Shown piece by piece: positions 1-12,522 of a stretch of 64,000 nt of DNA. The DNA comes from Tubulanus polymorphus (taxonomy: Eukaryota > Animalia > Nemertea). The DNA is taken from assembly GCF_964204645.1 (NCBI RefSeq), contig NC_134031.1:2976001-3040000 (forward strand), given 5' to 3'. Under the pieces are notes generated by a model. That model ran no database searches. It had not been told where the DNA came from and worked only from the letters and a program-made list of their open reading frames with translations. The number at the start of each line of letters is the position of its first letter. The first letter of the stretch is position 1. The position numbers were made by a program, and so were the translations under genes.

Positions 1-1230
1 CAGATTTTCTGTTCGGCTAATTGAATCAGGAAGAGCTGGTAAACACTGTCGATACAAGCAGGCACTCCGGCGTCGAGTGAGAGTCAATATTGGCCAAGAT
101 TCCTCTCTCTCTCTCGACTCGAGTGGAGTCAAGTAGCACTGCGCGAAGAAAGCGCCTTCGAATCACGAGCCGTCTTGAATGGCTTAATTGAATAAGCGAT
201 ACCCGGAAAGTGGCCACTTACGACAAGTGATTCTTAAAATTACGACAGATTGGCGATGATCGTGTGTCGGTTAATGAACGTGATATTAGATAGCCGAAAC
301 CTAATGAAATAATTGGCCGAACAGGCTAGATGAATATGGCTGTAGCCTCCAAACTGTCCGGTTGATTTGGCGAAGAATATACTCCACGAAATGCGTTCAT
401 AAAAGTTAACTGTACGCGGAGTGCCCTCGAAAAAAATGTTATCTCATAGCCCATTCTCAACATCCACCTTTAGATTTATTAATTGCGTTCTTAAGAAACA
501 AAAGCATCGCTTTGTTCGGAGTGGCGGGATATGGAGATGCTCTATTGTCCTTTTAAGGTCAGTTACGATAAAAAGGATATATTCGAAGCACAAAACCCGT
601 TATAGGCCTCTCCCGGTAAACTCCAAGAATTCGACCCATCATTGTACAAAAGTGTTTGTACAGTTCTCACTTAATCGCTTGTAGTTATTGTCTTGCCAAC
701 GCGGCCGTTAAGATGTAACTTGTTTACTCGGGTTTCGACCGGGCCCATTACCTCTGATTTCCCTATTGTGGCGACAGTTCGCTATCGCACTCCCGAGGAT
801 CGCTCGACCATCGTTTCAACAAAAACTTACGCCGCATTTCGGCGCGAATAAACCGATTAATAGCGGCTATAATATCGTTCGATTGCCGTATGATAGCTTC
901 CGTCCGTGGTATAAGGTCGATACACGTACTTAAATCCCGCCGATTTAAAGTCATCTTTTCCGCGATTCCGCCCTGAAGTCGAGGGTCAGCAAACAACGCA
1001 TGTGACTCCAACAAAGCGTTTCGGTCTTAGCCACTTCAGTTTACTCGGCAATAAAGTATCGCATAATGGTGCCTATGACTTTTATGTCTTACTAGGTTTC
1101 TTTATCTTTTTTTAAAAGGAAAACCACATCGGAATTTAGCCCGTACATGAAATTCGTTTCCCTAAAAATGTATTTCGAAGGATTTCACATACTTTTTAAC
1201 GGCGAAGTTTCGATGGAGGGTATTTCAATT

Positions 1231-1431
1231 CACACTATAGGATTTTATGCGATTAAAAATTCATTAAAATTTAACTGCGCCGTATCCGCTGTTGACTAAC
1301 AACCATCATCAGGTGCAATGATACCAACATCATCCAACATCATTCCACCTGATGACGGCTGTTAGTCAACAGCCGAAACGTTGTGGTTCAATTTTAATGA
1401 ATTCTTAATCGCATAAAACTTTATCGTGGGA
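1231..1431. mobile_element. Penelope-like (PLE) terminal-repeat palindrome
   Basis: Two ~90-bp inverted arms, each with a CTGATGA-stem-GAAA/GATA motif and ending in an ATCGTGGGA-like terminus. Confidence 0.65.
1345..1386 (+). ncRNA. Minimal type I hammerhead ribozyme motif (PLE-type)
   Basis: CCAC-CUGAUGA-C-GGCUGUU(AGUC)AACAGCC-GAAA-CG-UU-GUGG: stem I CCAC/GUGG, 7-bp stem II, palindromic AACGUU in place of stem III. Confidence 0.65.
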
Positions 1432-1886
1432 CATCTATTTCATCTAACGAAAATTACATCGTCATTTATCTCGTCCATGACAATATTATGTCTTCTAAAC
1501 TAACGCTCAATATTCAGCCCATTAAACGGTTACTTTCGTGTACAGAAAATAAAACGTGCTGATACTATGATCCATTGTTTGTAAATTTTGATAGTACGCG
1601 TATTTGTAATTTCGTGTTGTGCATCCTTAACAACAAGCTAAATATATTTCAATATAAAACCACTTAATCATTGCATCGATCGTGGGTATTGTACACCAGC
1701 TGGTGCGAACAAAGTAAAGCCTCGTCGCAAAATCTGTTACTGGCTTCACATACATATTGTCAATAACAATAATGTTGATCACTACCAGCATGCGGTGCGT
1801 ATAGACGCATCTTTATCACGAGCACTTACACGTGCGTACCGTCCACCAAGAGTCGCTGACCCACGGGTTCATTCACCTATTCGTAC

Positions 1887-1990
1887 CATCCTCCCTCTGC
1901 AGGGACTCGAACCTGATGGCATCGCTACACTCAGCAACGGCACGAACCCCTGCCATAAACGACCGTGTGCGCAGATACATGCGCAGCTTT
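1887..1990 (-). mobile_element. tRNA-derived SINE-like repeat (left copy of an inverted pair)
   Basis: Close reverse complement of 2127-2225; contains Pol III B-box GGTTCGAGTCCC. Confidence 0.6.
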
Positions 1991-2126
1991 CCGAACGAAA
2001 ACTGGCGGCACCAATCAGATTGCTCGTTGTATAATCGTTGAGGCAAATTTCAAGGAAGAACTATAAATGGGAAAACCCGGGATAAAATAAAACGGGATTT
2101 CTGATTGGCTAAAAATCACATCATCT

Positions 2127-2445
2127 GAACTACGCATGTATCTGCGCACACGGTCGATTATGGCAGGGTTTCGTGCCTTGGCAATCTCGATGCCATCAGG
2201 TTCGAATCCCTGCCGGGGAGGATGATTCGTACTTACGCACCATGTTAGTAGGGGTTTGTATAGGGCCTATTAACTCGTAGTTATAATCGGGCTCCAATAC
2301 CATCGCTATAGAACCAAATGACGTATCCATCATTAAAGTGTTACTTAAGGACAACCGCCAAGTTGCCTCGATTTTGATATTGGGGAAAGGTATCTTAAGA
2401 CCCGTCAATTAAATTCAATTTCATTTAATTCAATTCAATTCAAGC
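2127..2445 (+). mobile_element. tRNA-derived SINE-like repeat with (TTCAA)n-like tail; head fragments also at 3203-3235 and 53233-53305
   Basis: GATGCCATCAGGTTCGAATCCCTGCCGGGGAGGATG (B-box) recurs four times in the window; simple-repeat tail at ~2406-2445. Confidence 0.6.
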
Positions 2446-5400
2446 TTTATTTGGCATAAACGTTACGCGTCGTTCGATCAATGGTGATTTAATGACCGGG
2501 CGCTTATAGAATCAATGTTTACAAAATAACCGCATTTCTCGGATTCAAAGACTTTCAGCGCCAGCATCGACTGTTTTAGTGCATATAATATCTATCCGTA
2601 TTTCGAATAGCTGGAATTATTGAATGACCTGCTGAAATACAATAGGAAAGACAACAAACACAAAAGATGCGTTTTAGATTGAAAAACAGTAGACCTAACC
2701 ACAAACCACACGTTTTTAGAACAGTCGACGACATTTCGACTGAATGCAGTCTGCCGTTATTTTTATCATTGATACAATTAAACCGTTTTTTTTTCTTCTG
2801 AAAAGTCATCATAAATTATCAATTGATAAAATCTTTCCTGGCCCGACAATGTATACACCTGTCGCGCGCTATGCGGGTATTCGCGCTTTACAATTCCAGC
2901 GTCGCCTTATGGTTATTTCCGCAAAAAGAATTAATGGGTATAGTTTAAACGAGCCAATGAATATGACCGTAACGACCGCGCGTGGCTCGGTCACGGCGCG
3001 ACGGGGTTTCACCTCTAAACCGTTACTGACAAAACACGCACTGTGATCTACTGCATTCTGAGAACTGGGTCGGTTTCAACGCGCATGCAATAACCACGAA
3101 TTATTGGAGCTACGATGAAAATTACAATTTACGATCTTAATTCATTTATGTGCGAATGATTAGATTTGCGAACAGCACAAAACAGGTTCGTACAAGTCTC
3201 GCGATGGCATCAGGTTCGAATCCCAGCCGAGGGAGTTTCAGTGTTAGAGATCGAGCGAATTTGTTCGATATTTTCACATCAAATAACCGCTTATCCCCGT
3301 ATGAAAATAATACTAAGAGAATATCCCGCTATATTCATTAAAAAAGAAACTAGAATTCTCGATTTTATTACCCGACAATGTGTCGGAAAGAAAGGTCTTT
3401 ACGCCGGCGAGTTTTGTTTTGAAAACGTAAAACGGGTAATTTAGAAGACTTAGACGAGGAATAAGTCGCGGGTGCAGGTGTAAATTAGAGGTTTTTTCGC
3501 GCAGGTTCTTTATCGGATAAAGACGATTAGATTCTTTAGAAATCGGCTTCATTTTATTTACTTTATCGGATCATTGGGAACCGACGCCCAGAATCGAGAT
3601 CGGGTTAGTTTCAGTAATTGTTTTGAGAATGTTTTTACTCCGGTGCGATATATAAGACTTTCTAAACCGATCAGTTCACGAAGCGTCTGTCGATAAATCC
3701 GCCGCTAGCCGGCGATTATATTAACATTTCATCGGGTAGGGGCCTTAACTCAGCATTAACTCTTAAATCTATTTTACAAAAACTGATTAACCCCACAATG
3801 AAGAACTTAAATTCATTTATAAGAGGTATGTTTTTACGAAACTGATCCCTATGATGAGGTGCACAAGTACGCCCTAACTTCACGTAAATTACAATGAAAA
3901 TGAAAACGCTTAGTAAATCGAAGAAAAAAGGTGTAAGTTCATCTGTGTAGTATCTGTGGAGTGTGAACGGGGCGTTGTTTGTCTTTTCGACGGTTTAGTA
4001 ACGCAGACGATCGCCACGAACTCGCACTTAACCGGAATTATACGACAAGTTCCGGACAGTGCCGAGTGACGGGCGTAATTCGGGTACAGATTGTGTCAAC
4101 GATTCTGGATCAAGAGCCCGAGGCGACGCGCAGGATTTCTATAGAACCTGACACACATGAAGTGGCTAGAACGGCATGGCGCCATCACCTGTGGCTCGAC
4201 GGAATTTTCAAGAGGCCATAATCGGCGTTTTATATACATACATCTGTCAAACGTTACCCACGGGTCAACAACAAGTGACAACAATAAATAACGTTCGTTC
4301 AAATGATGTTGTTATTGTGCGCACACCTCTGCAACGGCTGTGACAGCTATGATCATGATGGGCCTCTCACTGGCCCGCCAGAATAGTTCTATATGCTCCG
4401 AATATTTTTTTCATAAACCAACATCCAATAAAAGCGTTAACGACTCGCGTTTAACGACACCGGAACTGAAACGAAACCTCACATGGGTAGATGATCCAAA
4501 GGGTAATTTTGAAGATGTTTCCATATCCCAAAAGGGCATTTAATTGTCCAAGAAGGCAATATTATGCGCACTCCCGCTCTGAAATTCACCAATTACCTTT
4601 GTTGATAAAATGAAAAACGACTTCCAAAATGATTTGATGGACTTCGATGGATTTGTACAAATCTCAAAAGTCCCCAAAGATCACTGCTTCGAGGATTCAG
4701 GTTGATTCATCGTACGTATCTTCAAACGGTCTGTATCACTAAAACATTAGTCGTACACGTATATCACTTCACGATCCTAAAAGGAACCGACCTCTGTCTC
4801 TCCCCTCTCATTGACAACAATAGCAAGAAAGAACCTCGAATAAACGGATAGTTACTTCTTGGACATAGAAAAATTACAATATTTGCTCGACAAACTTTTG
4901 TTGGCCGTACAACATCAAACTAATGCGAAAATCCATTACAAACTCACTAGCAAATCCAATACAAACTTTTAGAAGAGTTTGATCTACGGCGAATTTTGCA
5001 CCGTGGGAGGGAGTAAGGAAGCGCTTCACCCCGGGTTGTTCCGTCCTATTTGGATTTAATCGTTTTTACGATGTTAGGATTGTCCGAACTGCTGCAATTT
5101 ATTGTCTTGAAGGTAGCCGCGTTGGGATCTGGTGAGCTCGTAGGTCGTTAAGGCTCCGTATTTCTATTCTGGCCGATGAAACGAATTGCTTATCGTGTAT
5201 AAAAATCATGTCCACTAAGTCATGTGCGATGCATGGATTGGACTTTAATCACTGACCAACGTGGGATTGGATCGCCGGCCAGGTTCTGTAACTGGCTCCT
5301 GCGGGTGCTACAATATCACGGCAAGGACGCCGCCATGTTTGCTAATCGGACAATATTTTGATCAGTCATTGTTCGGTTTGTTACTGATGGAGCCCTTGAG

Positions 5401-8400
5401 ATGGCCCGGCAAAGCGGAAAAATCGATCGGACTCGTTCGAATGCCGAAGAAGACCAAACTTGGCAAACTAAATGCATACCATAAGCTAATTGGACAAGTT
5501 CTGGCCGGCATTCTAAAAGCGTTATATTCGTCGCATGTATTTTGCGGACACTTCGCGGATATAGAATGATGACCATCACAGCAAGGACAAGATGGAGGTC
5601 ATCTATGTTATCATCAGAGGCATCTATAATGATTAAGCCATGTTTAAGTCACGTTTCGAGTTTTCGTCGTTGACTATTCAGGTCATAGTTTGTATTTTCT
5701 GAATATTCTTCAGACCGAATTTGAAGATTCTATTGCTGTTGAAACGATGTTACAAGCAATAAAAAGAAACCATTCTTCATGATGATATGCATTGGGTGGC
5801 GAGTTTGCAGCCATCAGTGGGTTGCTCCGGGTGAACTTTGTTTTGGTGACCATATCGTTTTTCTTCTTTTCACGAGTGGTAACGCAGTTTACAATTCTAT
5901 GAATTTCAAATGAAAATGACTCGGATGAAAGAATACTAGCATTTCGGTTGATAATCACTCGAATCGGTTCATACACACAGCGCTCAAAGATTTCGCGTTG
6001 ATTTTTCATTTCGATTTTCCGTATTACGTTTGAAAATTGTCGGCGGTTTTCGACAAGCAGCGAATCTTCACACACGCCACAATGGACCAGATCACATTCA
6101 TTACGCACGTTCCCGAGTAAAAACATACCAACGACATTTCAAAGATCTTTTGAATCGGCGATCTTTAGCGTGTCAACAGAAATTAGTTTCTCGATTTGTC
6201 GGCCTTTTAAAACACCGATTTCCTGACAATTTAAAGGCAGCTGATGCTAGATGTGGGCGCAATTTCGCGTAGAATACAGAAAATGAACTTCTACAAAGCG
6301 TTCTGAGATACACGTTAAGTGCTCAAATACTAACTACAATAGGACATGTGCAATTAGACAGTTGAGCCCGTAATATTAGCGGGTTTCGCTTTTGTTTGGT
6401 GCGATTCTTACGCTGACAATGGCCACTCGAGAGTTGTCGATTTGAAAACGAAACCACCGACAAACCAAACAGCGAAGGACTATAGCACCAACAAATTTCG
6501 AACGATTTAAAAGTTGAATTTGTTATTTCTGTCTGGGAATCTGCCTTTTGCGACCGGTCTTTATGTTTCGCCTGCGGAGTGAACTCGAGTACGTACACAT
6601 CTCAATTATCACCCCTTCAATGAAGTCGATCGCGCTGCGACAAAACCCGAGTGATTTCATCAATTAGAGAATTCCTGACTTCAAACTCAACGGTGTGAAA
6701 GTCTCAGTCAATTAAACGCAGAACACAATAGACTCTTTAAACCAGCATCGGTAATTAGATTCTAATTGACATTGACGGGGCATGATTCGATTACGACAGG
6801 CGTTTAATTACTTTATGAGTCGATATAACGTCTTTCTGATTTGAATTATTATCTGCAATTTTTTTGTGTGTTTTTAAACTGAAACAAGTCCAAAATGGAA
6901 TTACTCGACTTAGACTGGTTTTGCGTAAGTTTTAAGATTGTATGTCGAACCGAAATCTACGCATTGAACTGAACCTATAGAACAAAATGTACGACCTAAG
7001 TTGAAACAAAACGAGGCAACGTTTACTTCAGACCTCATTTCCACTATCGCCGTGTGATTATGACGTAACTGATGTATTCGGCAGCTCATATTTCATACAT
7101 TTCTTCACAATTTCTAACAAGCGAGATGAGTCACTATACCAGAAACAGTTAGCATTCACACGCAATAATATGACCCGGACTAAGATTTGGGCACGGGCCT
7201 TGTCCAACGATTTTGGTGTGTGTAAACAAGCACGGGCTCATTTGGTACCAGTGTGAACGCTTCGCCCGGACCATTATCACTCGTGTGATCGCGGCTTATA
7301 ACGTCGAAATTTAAAACGCCTCGTTTTTGTAAGCCGTGCTATTATTGTGCCCGGCGATCCTTTATAGGTGTACACTCGACATTTATACAAATACACGGGT
7401 TAAACTCCTGTCGAGTTTTTACTGCGAAAATCGAATTTCAATCCCATTCGAAATAAAAGTGGTCGGTTCGGCATCAGTGGAAGATTATGTGTTGTATCAC
7501 CTGTTCAGTCATCACAAATTTCACCGACTCTGAATCAACACGTTCCCGCGTTTCAAATTATCTACACGTCGAGGAGGATAGGCCTTATTTGTATATGCAT
7601 AGTGTACCGTTACAGTACCGCTTTCAACGATTCAATCGAAATCACGAAGGAAATATGTACGTGAAATCCATGTTATTTCCCATATGTCAAAACTAACGCC
7701 TTGTATGGAATTGCTAGGCATTCAACGCTTCATGCTTTACCTTTCGGGTGATACTCATAATATACCTGGTATTCAACTTATACGTGATGAGTTGATATTC
7801 AAAATCCGCCATCGACGCTGAATTTAAGTGAATCCGATTTTGCTAATCGTATCGTAGAAGTTGCGAGCGAATTCGTGAACTTTTAATGCAAATATAATTT
7901 AGGGTATATAGTGAGTCCTTTAGCATCAACAAGTCCAACATCTTTATTAGATCTTAAAGAATACTTTCTTTCGGCCACATATCTGAAAGCCCGTTGAAAC
8001 CTCCACATTTGTCATGTACTTGATAAAAAATACGAAGTATAAGAGGCAATGTTTTGCCTGGATACATTTTAGTGTTGTTTGTACTTCGATTTCCGATTTC
8101 AAAATCAAACCCCCTGTTTCGCTCCCGGCAGGTGCGATGGGTCTGTAAGGGACACTCAATCAAAAAATCACGCGAAATTTACCAACCAAATAAATAACAG
8201 GGGCAATCCCTATTCTAAGATCAAAAACATAATACCAAACAAAAGTTATAAGCTTCTTCGAATCGAGCAGGGAGACTGCGCTGGTCTGTGATTGAGTTCT
8301 GTAGATCGAATAGATCTTCTATGTATATATTTTTCTAGTAGTCTTATCCCAGAGAATAAAGAAGGAAACATGAACATTTTACGGAAATTCGAATATGATA

Positions 8401-9237
8401 ACTTCCCGATTATTCGGGAAATTGTGTTCGATTGTGCAAGATTTGAAATGCTGCGTATTCGAATCCAACGCCAGCCAAAGTATAGCGGCTCTCAGCAGCA
8501 CAGTTGATTAGGAAATGTGTAAATAAATGCCAATAATCGATTATCAATTGAAAATATACGCAAAATCTACGTATTTAATCAGAGGCAGTTTTGAAGTTGT
8601 CGAAAGGGAAATACTTCAGTTTTTTCAATGGTAATCAAATGTGGTTGTTTCGTGCTTGTGTACATGGCCACCTGAATATTTTCTAGTGGACAGAGACACA
8701 GGACCCAGTTTCAAAGAAAACTAAACGGTTTCATTAGTTAGGAACACATTATACCGATGAAAATTTCAGGCCACTCTGTGATGAAACGGTCTATATAGGG
8801 CGGTGCGATACCTTAGACCCATTCCAACATTTCAGAATCTTACAGAACCTGGAAATTTTGATTCAATGAGTAAACCTCGTTAAAATAGATGTAATATAAT
8901 GAATTCCCTCAGCACATCCAAGGTTAAAAAAAACTAACTTTCAGTTCCAACTCCGAATCTGAAACCGTGTTTTATGCTTACCTACGACAACCGACAACCG
9001 TCTGGTTAATGGAGCATAATGTGTAAGCATCTTGATAAAAAAGTTTCTATTCTATCCTATTCCGTGCGGAGTTCGCATCCTCAATCAGTTTCAAAAATTA
9101 GTTTTATGAAAAACTGCATAAATAAATGATTGGAAATTGGATTGATTAGAGATTAGATCAAATAATTAAACCAGAACGTGGTTTATTTATTTGAACTGGG
9201 ATCTGAGTTTCAATTCCACGATTAAAACTATAAGAGA

Positions 9238-9513
9238 AAGAGCGGATCCAGAAATTTGAACAGATGGGAGTCCAGCCCTGTGTTTTCACGGATATAGTTT
9301 TTTCTAAATATCTAGATAAAAGATGCAATCTCCTGAGAAAAGAATTTCATTCATAAAAATGTACAGTCATTCTGGCGGACGCCGAAACAGCAATCGATAA
9401 TGATTTGAATTGTCGTTAGTTTCAACATTGATATGATTGATATCAACATCAGAAAGATTTCAAACACGGAGCAGCGGGGTCGAGACCCCCTAAACCCTTT
9501 AGATCCGCCCATG
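9238..9513. mobile_element. MITE-like element with GCGGATCCAG...AGATCCGCCC termini
   Basis: Imperfect terminal inverted repeats of a type common in invertebrate non-autonomous DNA transposons. Confidence 0.45.
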
Positions 9514-10836
9514 TGAGATAAGATCTGAATAATTTGAATTTCTTTTCAAATATATGCTTAAGCGAAAGTGGAAGTCACGGGGCGTTTAAAAATCACTGAC
9601 AACGAGTTGAAAAAATACCTCATCGACTCATAGCAGTCTTTTGACTCGTTCTAATCGAGTGGCGTTTCTATTACTATCTATTGTCTTTTTGAGTACTGCA
9701 CTCAACGGAAACGTAGTCACCAAACAAGAGAGAGAGTTTCATCTTAGCGCGACTAAGCTCTCGTTATAACGACCTGATACGCGCCGTGATGGGAATCGCG
9801 CCGCACGCCGGCAGCTGGTATCGGCTACAGGCACGCGGCCGCCTCGCCGAACAGTAGTCGCCCGAATAATAAAACCTCGGGCGTCCATTGATTTTCCACT
9901 CGTACAATTTCGATGAAATTTTAATGTAATAATTTTGCGTGTACGCGCACCGCGCGCGGCTCTCAGATTTTGACAGATTTCGACGAGCGCGTATAATGGG
10001 TGAAATTGAGAATGAATCAACCAATATTGCCGCACATTAAAGATTCATGCGGCATTAAGTACCGATGCTTGTACAACAAGGGTTGGTCTATATTTGGCTA
10101 ATATTTGTCGAGGATTCTTGAGCCGTATGTAAGCTTGTATTGTGGTTGCCTGATTGCTTGCGATAATAGTTTTTTGAGCGATTTCCAGCAGTCGAGCGAC
10201 ATATTATACGTTGATATCGGAGCCGTCACTGATTTCGACGACTGCAAAACGTCGATTTCAAATCGCAGGCGCTGATGAGGCCAAACAATCGCTCGAATTG
10301 AATTAATAATTGCTGTCGCTGCCACGTTCAAAAGCGAAAAAATCGACTTTATACCTATCATAATGCGCGCACTTTGAAACCGCATCGCAAACACGGGTCA
10401 ATTTGAAATAACGCACGTTTTCGCAGCTGCGAAAAAACCAACCAGTCGTGATAATATTTAAAGCAATACAAATAATCCATTTATATTTGCGGGTGGCGTT
10501 TAATTGAATTCGCCTATAGCTGTCTCACTTTTAATATAGCTGCCTTACTTTTAAAGTTCGAATCTGTGTTTGGTTTCGTCTGCGTGTATACAGCGTCCCC
10601 GAAGTTTCATAATTAAAATCTGAACGGGTTTCACTCGGTACACACACTATAGACAAGAGAACGGTTAGAAATCGAACCGCGATCTGTACACACACATATA
10701 CATATACATATAGGCTACACGTCGCAATTAATCTAAACTATAAAATTTAATAATCAGACGGAAAATCCTTTGAAAATCGATCAATGTGTAGAATACACAC
10801 GATATTGTCAGGCCTAGTTAACTACCACATACTCTG

Positions 10837-10987
10837 GGTCCATTACAAATAAGTCTAACTCAATTCATTGTCTTAATGTTAGTATATTGGTTACTTCATG
10901 TTTTCATCGAGGACAGCGATTCAAACTTAACCGTTTTAAGGTATAAACTTCTTCGTGAAACAGTTAACTTTTTCATGGAACTGGACG
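10837..10987. mobile_element. Dispersed MITE family copy (GGNCCAGTT... ends, CWG flanks); relatives at ~44710-44846, 52956-53003, 55056-55093, 55716-55763
   Basis: Internal segment ggttacttcatgttttcatcgaggac...aacttaaccgttttaagg closely resembles 44771-44830; shared termini flanked by CTG/CAG. Confidence 0.55.
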
Positions 10988-12453
10988 CTGACATGTTATA
11001 AACACCCCTCTGTGGCCCTTTTTGAACTTTCAAATAGCACGTGAGACATTCATTTCGGTGACGATTCAACCATTTCTAGAATCATTGCCATAGCATCGAG
11101 CTGAGCTATGCCGTCTGTTTTCATTAACTGTGCCAAGTTGTTATGCGGTTCATCGAATAAACGGTTTCATAATATAATTGACGAATAAAACAGAAATCAA
11201 TACGTGGTCCATTCATATTTCTATCAGCGACTCCTGAACTACAGCACGACCGATCTTTGCTTGCCTCGTTCTCTGCTGCCTCTCGCATGGCGACCAACAA
11301 GTTGATGGCGGTGTTCCTTTTCGGTTCCCTGATCTTCTGTATAGGTCCACATCCAATGCTATATTTGTATATAAAGGCCCGCACCACGTGGGTTAAAAAG
11401 CTCACAGAATCACGGATTGCGCAATATTGAACGTGTGGACGACAAGCTTTTACTTTTTAACTCTACAAGCGAAAGGGAAGCGAAGTATAAACACTTCGGT
11501 ACTGACTGAATCAACTCTCTAGACCGGCAGGATTTACATGTGTAATTACCTATATTCATCGTTTCTGGTTTATTTATCTAGCGCGCTTATTTGATGGAAC
11601 TCGATTAAATGGCAGCCTTGCAAGAGACATAATTTGTACAGCTTTGATATGCATAATAAATGTGGAAGCCACGACGAAAATTGAGGGAGATAGTCGCGCC
11701 GATTCCACGGCGCACACGTTACGGGGTCATTTACAAGTTATAGTATAAACAACACACTAAATGATAGGGAAATCTACCAATTATCCAGATAACAATCTAT
11801 ATAATCATTGATCAAGCATTTTTTCCACGCGCAATTATCATAGTTTGTTTCGTGCTGGCCAATTATATATCTAGTCGAAAATTGTTTGTTTATGCATTGT
11901 AAATCAAATCTGTTGTGATTAAGTTCGGCTTCATCGGTTAGATCAGCGAAGATCCCACTGTTTTCCTGTGCAAAATTGGGATTCAGTATTTGGTTTTTGT
12001 ATCCTAGAAAGACTGCTTTTGTTAACTCGTGTTTTGTAGTGACAGATATGTATTCGAACTCTGGCTCCAGTTTTATCCAGTTAGACAGGTTTATAGTTGA
12101 ATTCATCTATAGGCTGATTCTAAATCTGAGTCAAAATTGCCTGAAAACCTTTGAACACGAAGGTCCCTGTTGCTGTTCCATATTTTGTTTTGGGGTTGAC
12201 TCAAACCTAAGAGCAATCATCTCAAGTTTCATGCAAAGATTTTCAATCAAAGTTTCATCAGGTTTGTTGCATTATGACAACAATGAAACCACAAACGTGC
12301 AAACGGATCTTTTTGAAAATTACAAGATAAATACTACACCCTTAAAACGAGAGAGTTGATACTTTTAAGATTTTGATAGACCCCTTTCTTTTGACAGTGA
12401 ACACTTAAGTGTCGGAAAACACTGACATAAACCGTGGCCGAATAACCTGGTTT

Positions 12454-12522
12454 AACTGGGATTCGAACCCAGAACTCTCAGTCCAGTGGCCTGCTGGCAT
12501 GACCTTACAATCTATCCGCCAT
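12454..12522 (-). mobile_element. tRNA-like SINE head (different family)
   Basis: A-box-like TGGCGGATAG and B-box GGTTCGAATCCC with tRNA-like spacing, but no cloverleaf acceptor stem. Confidence 0.35.
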
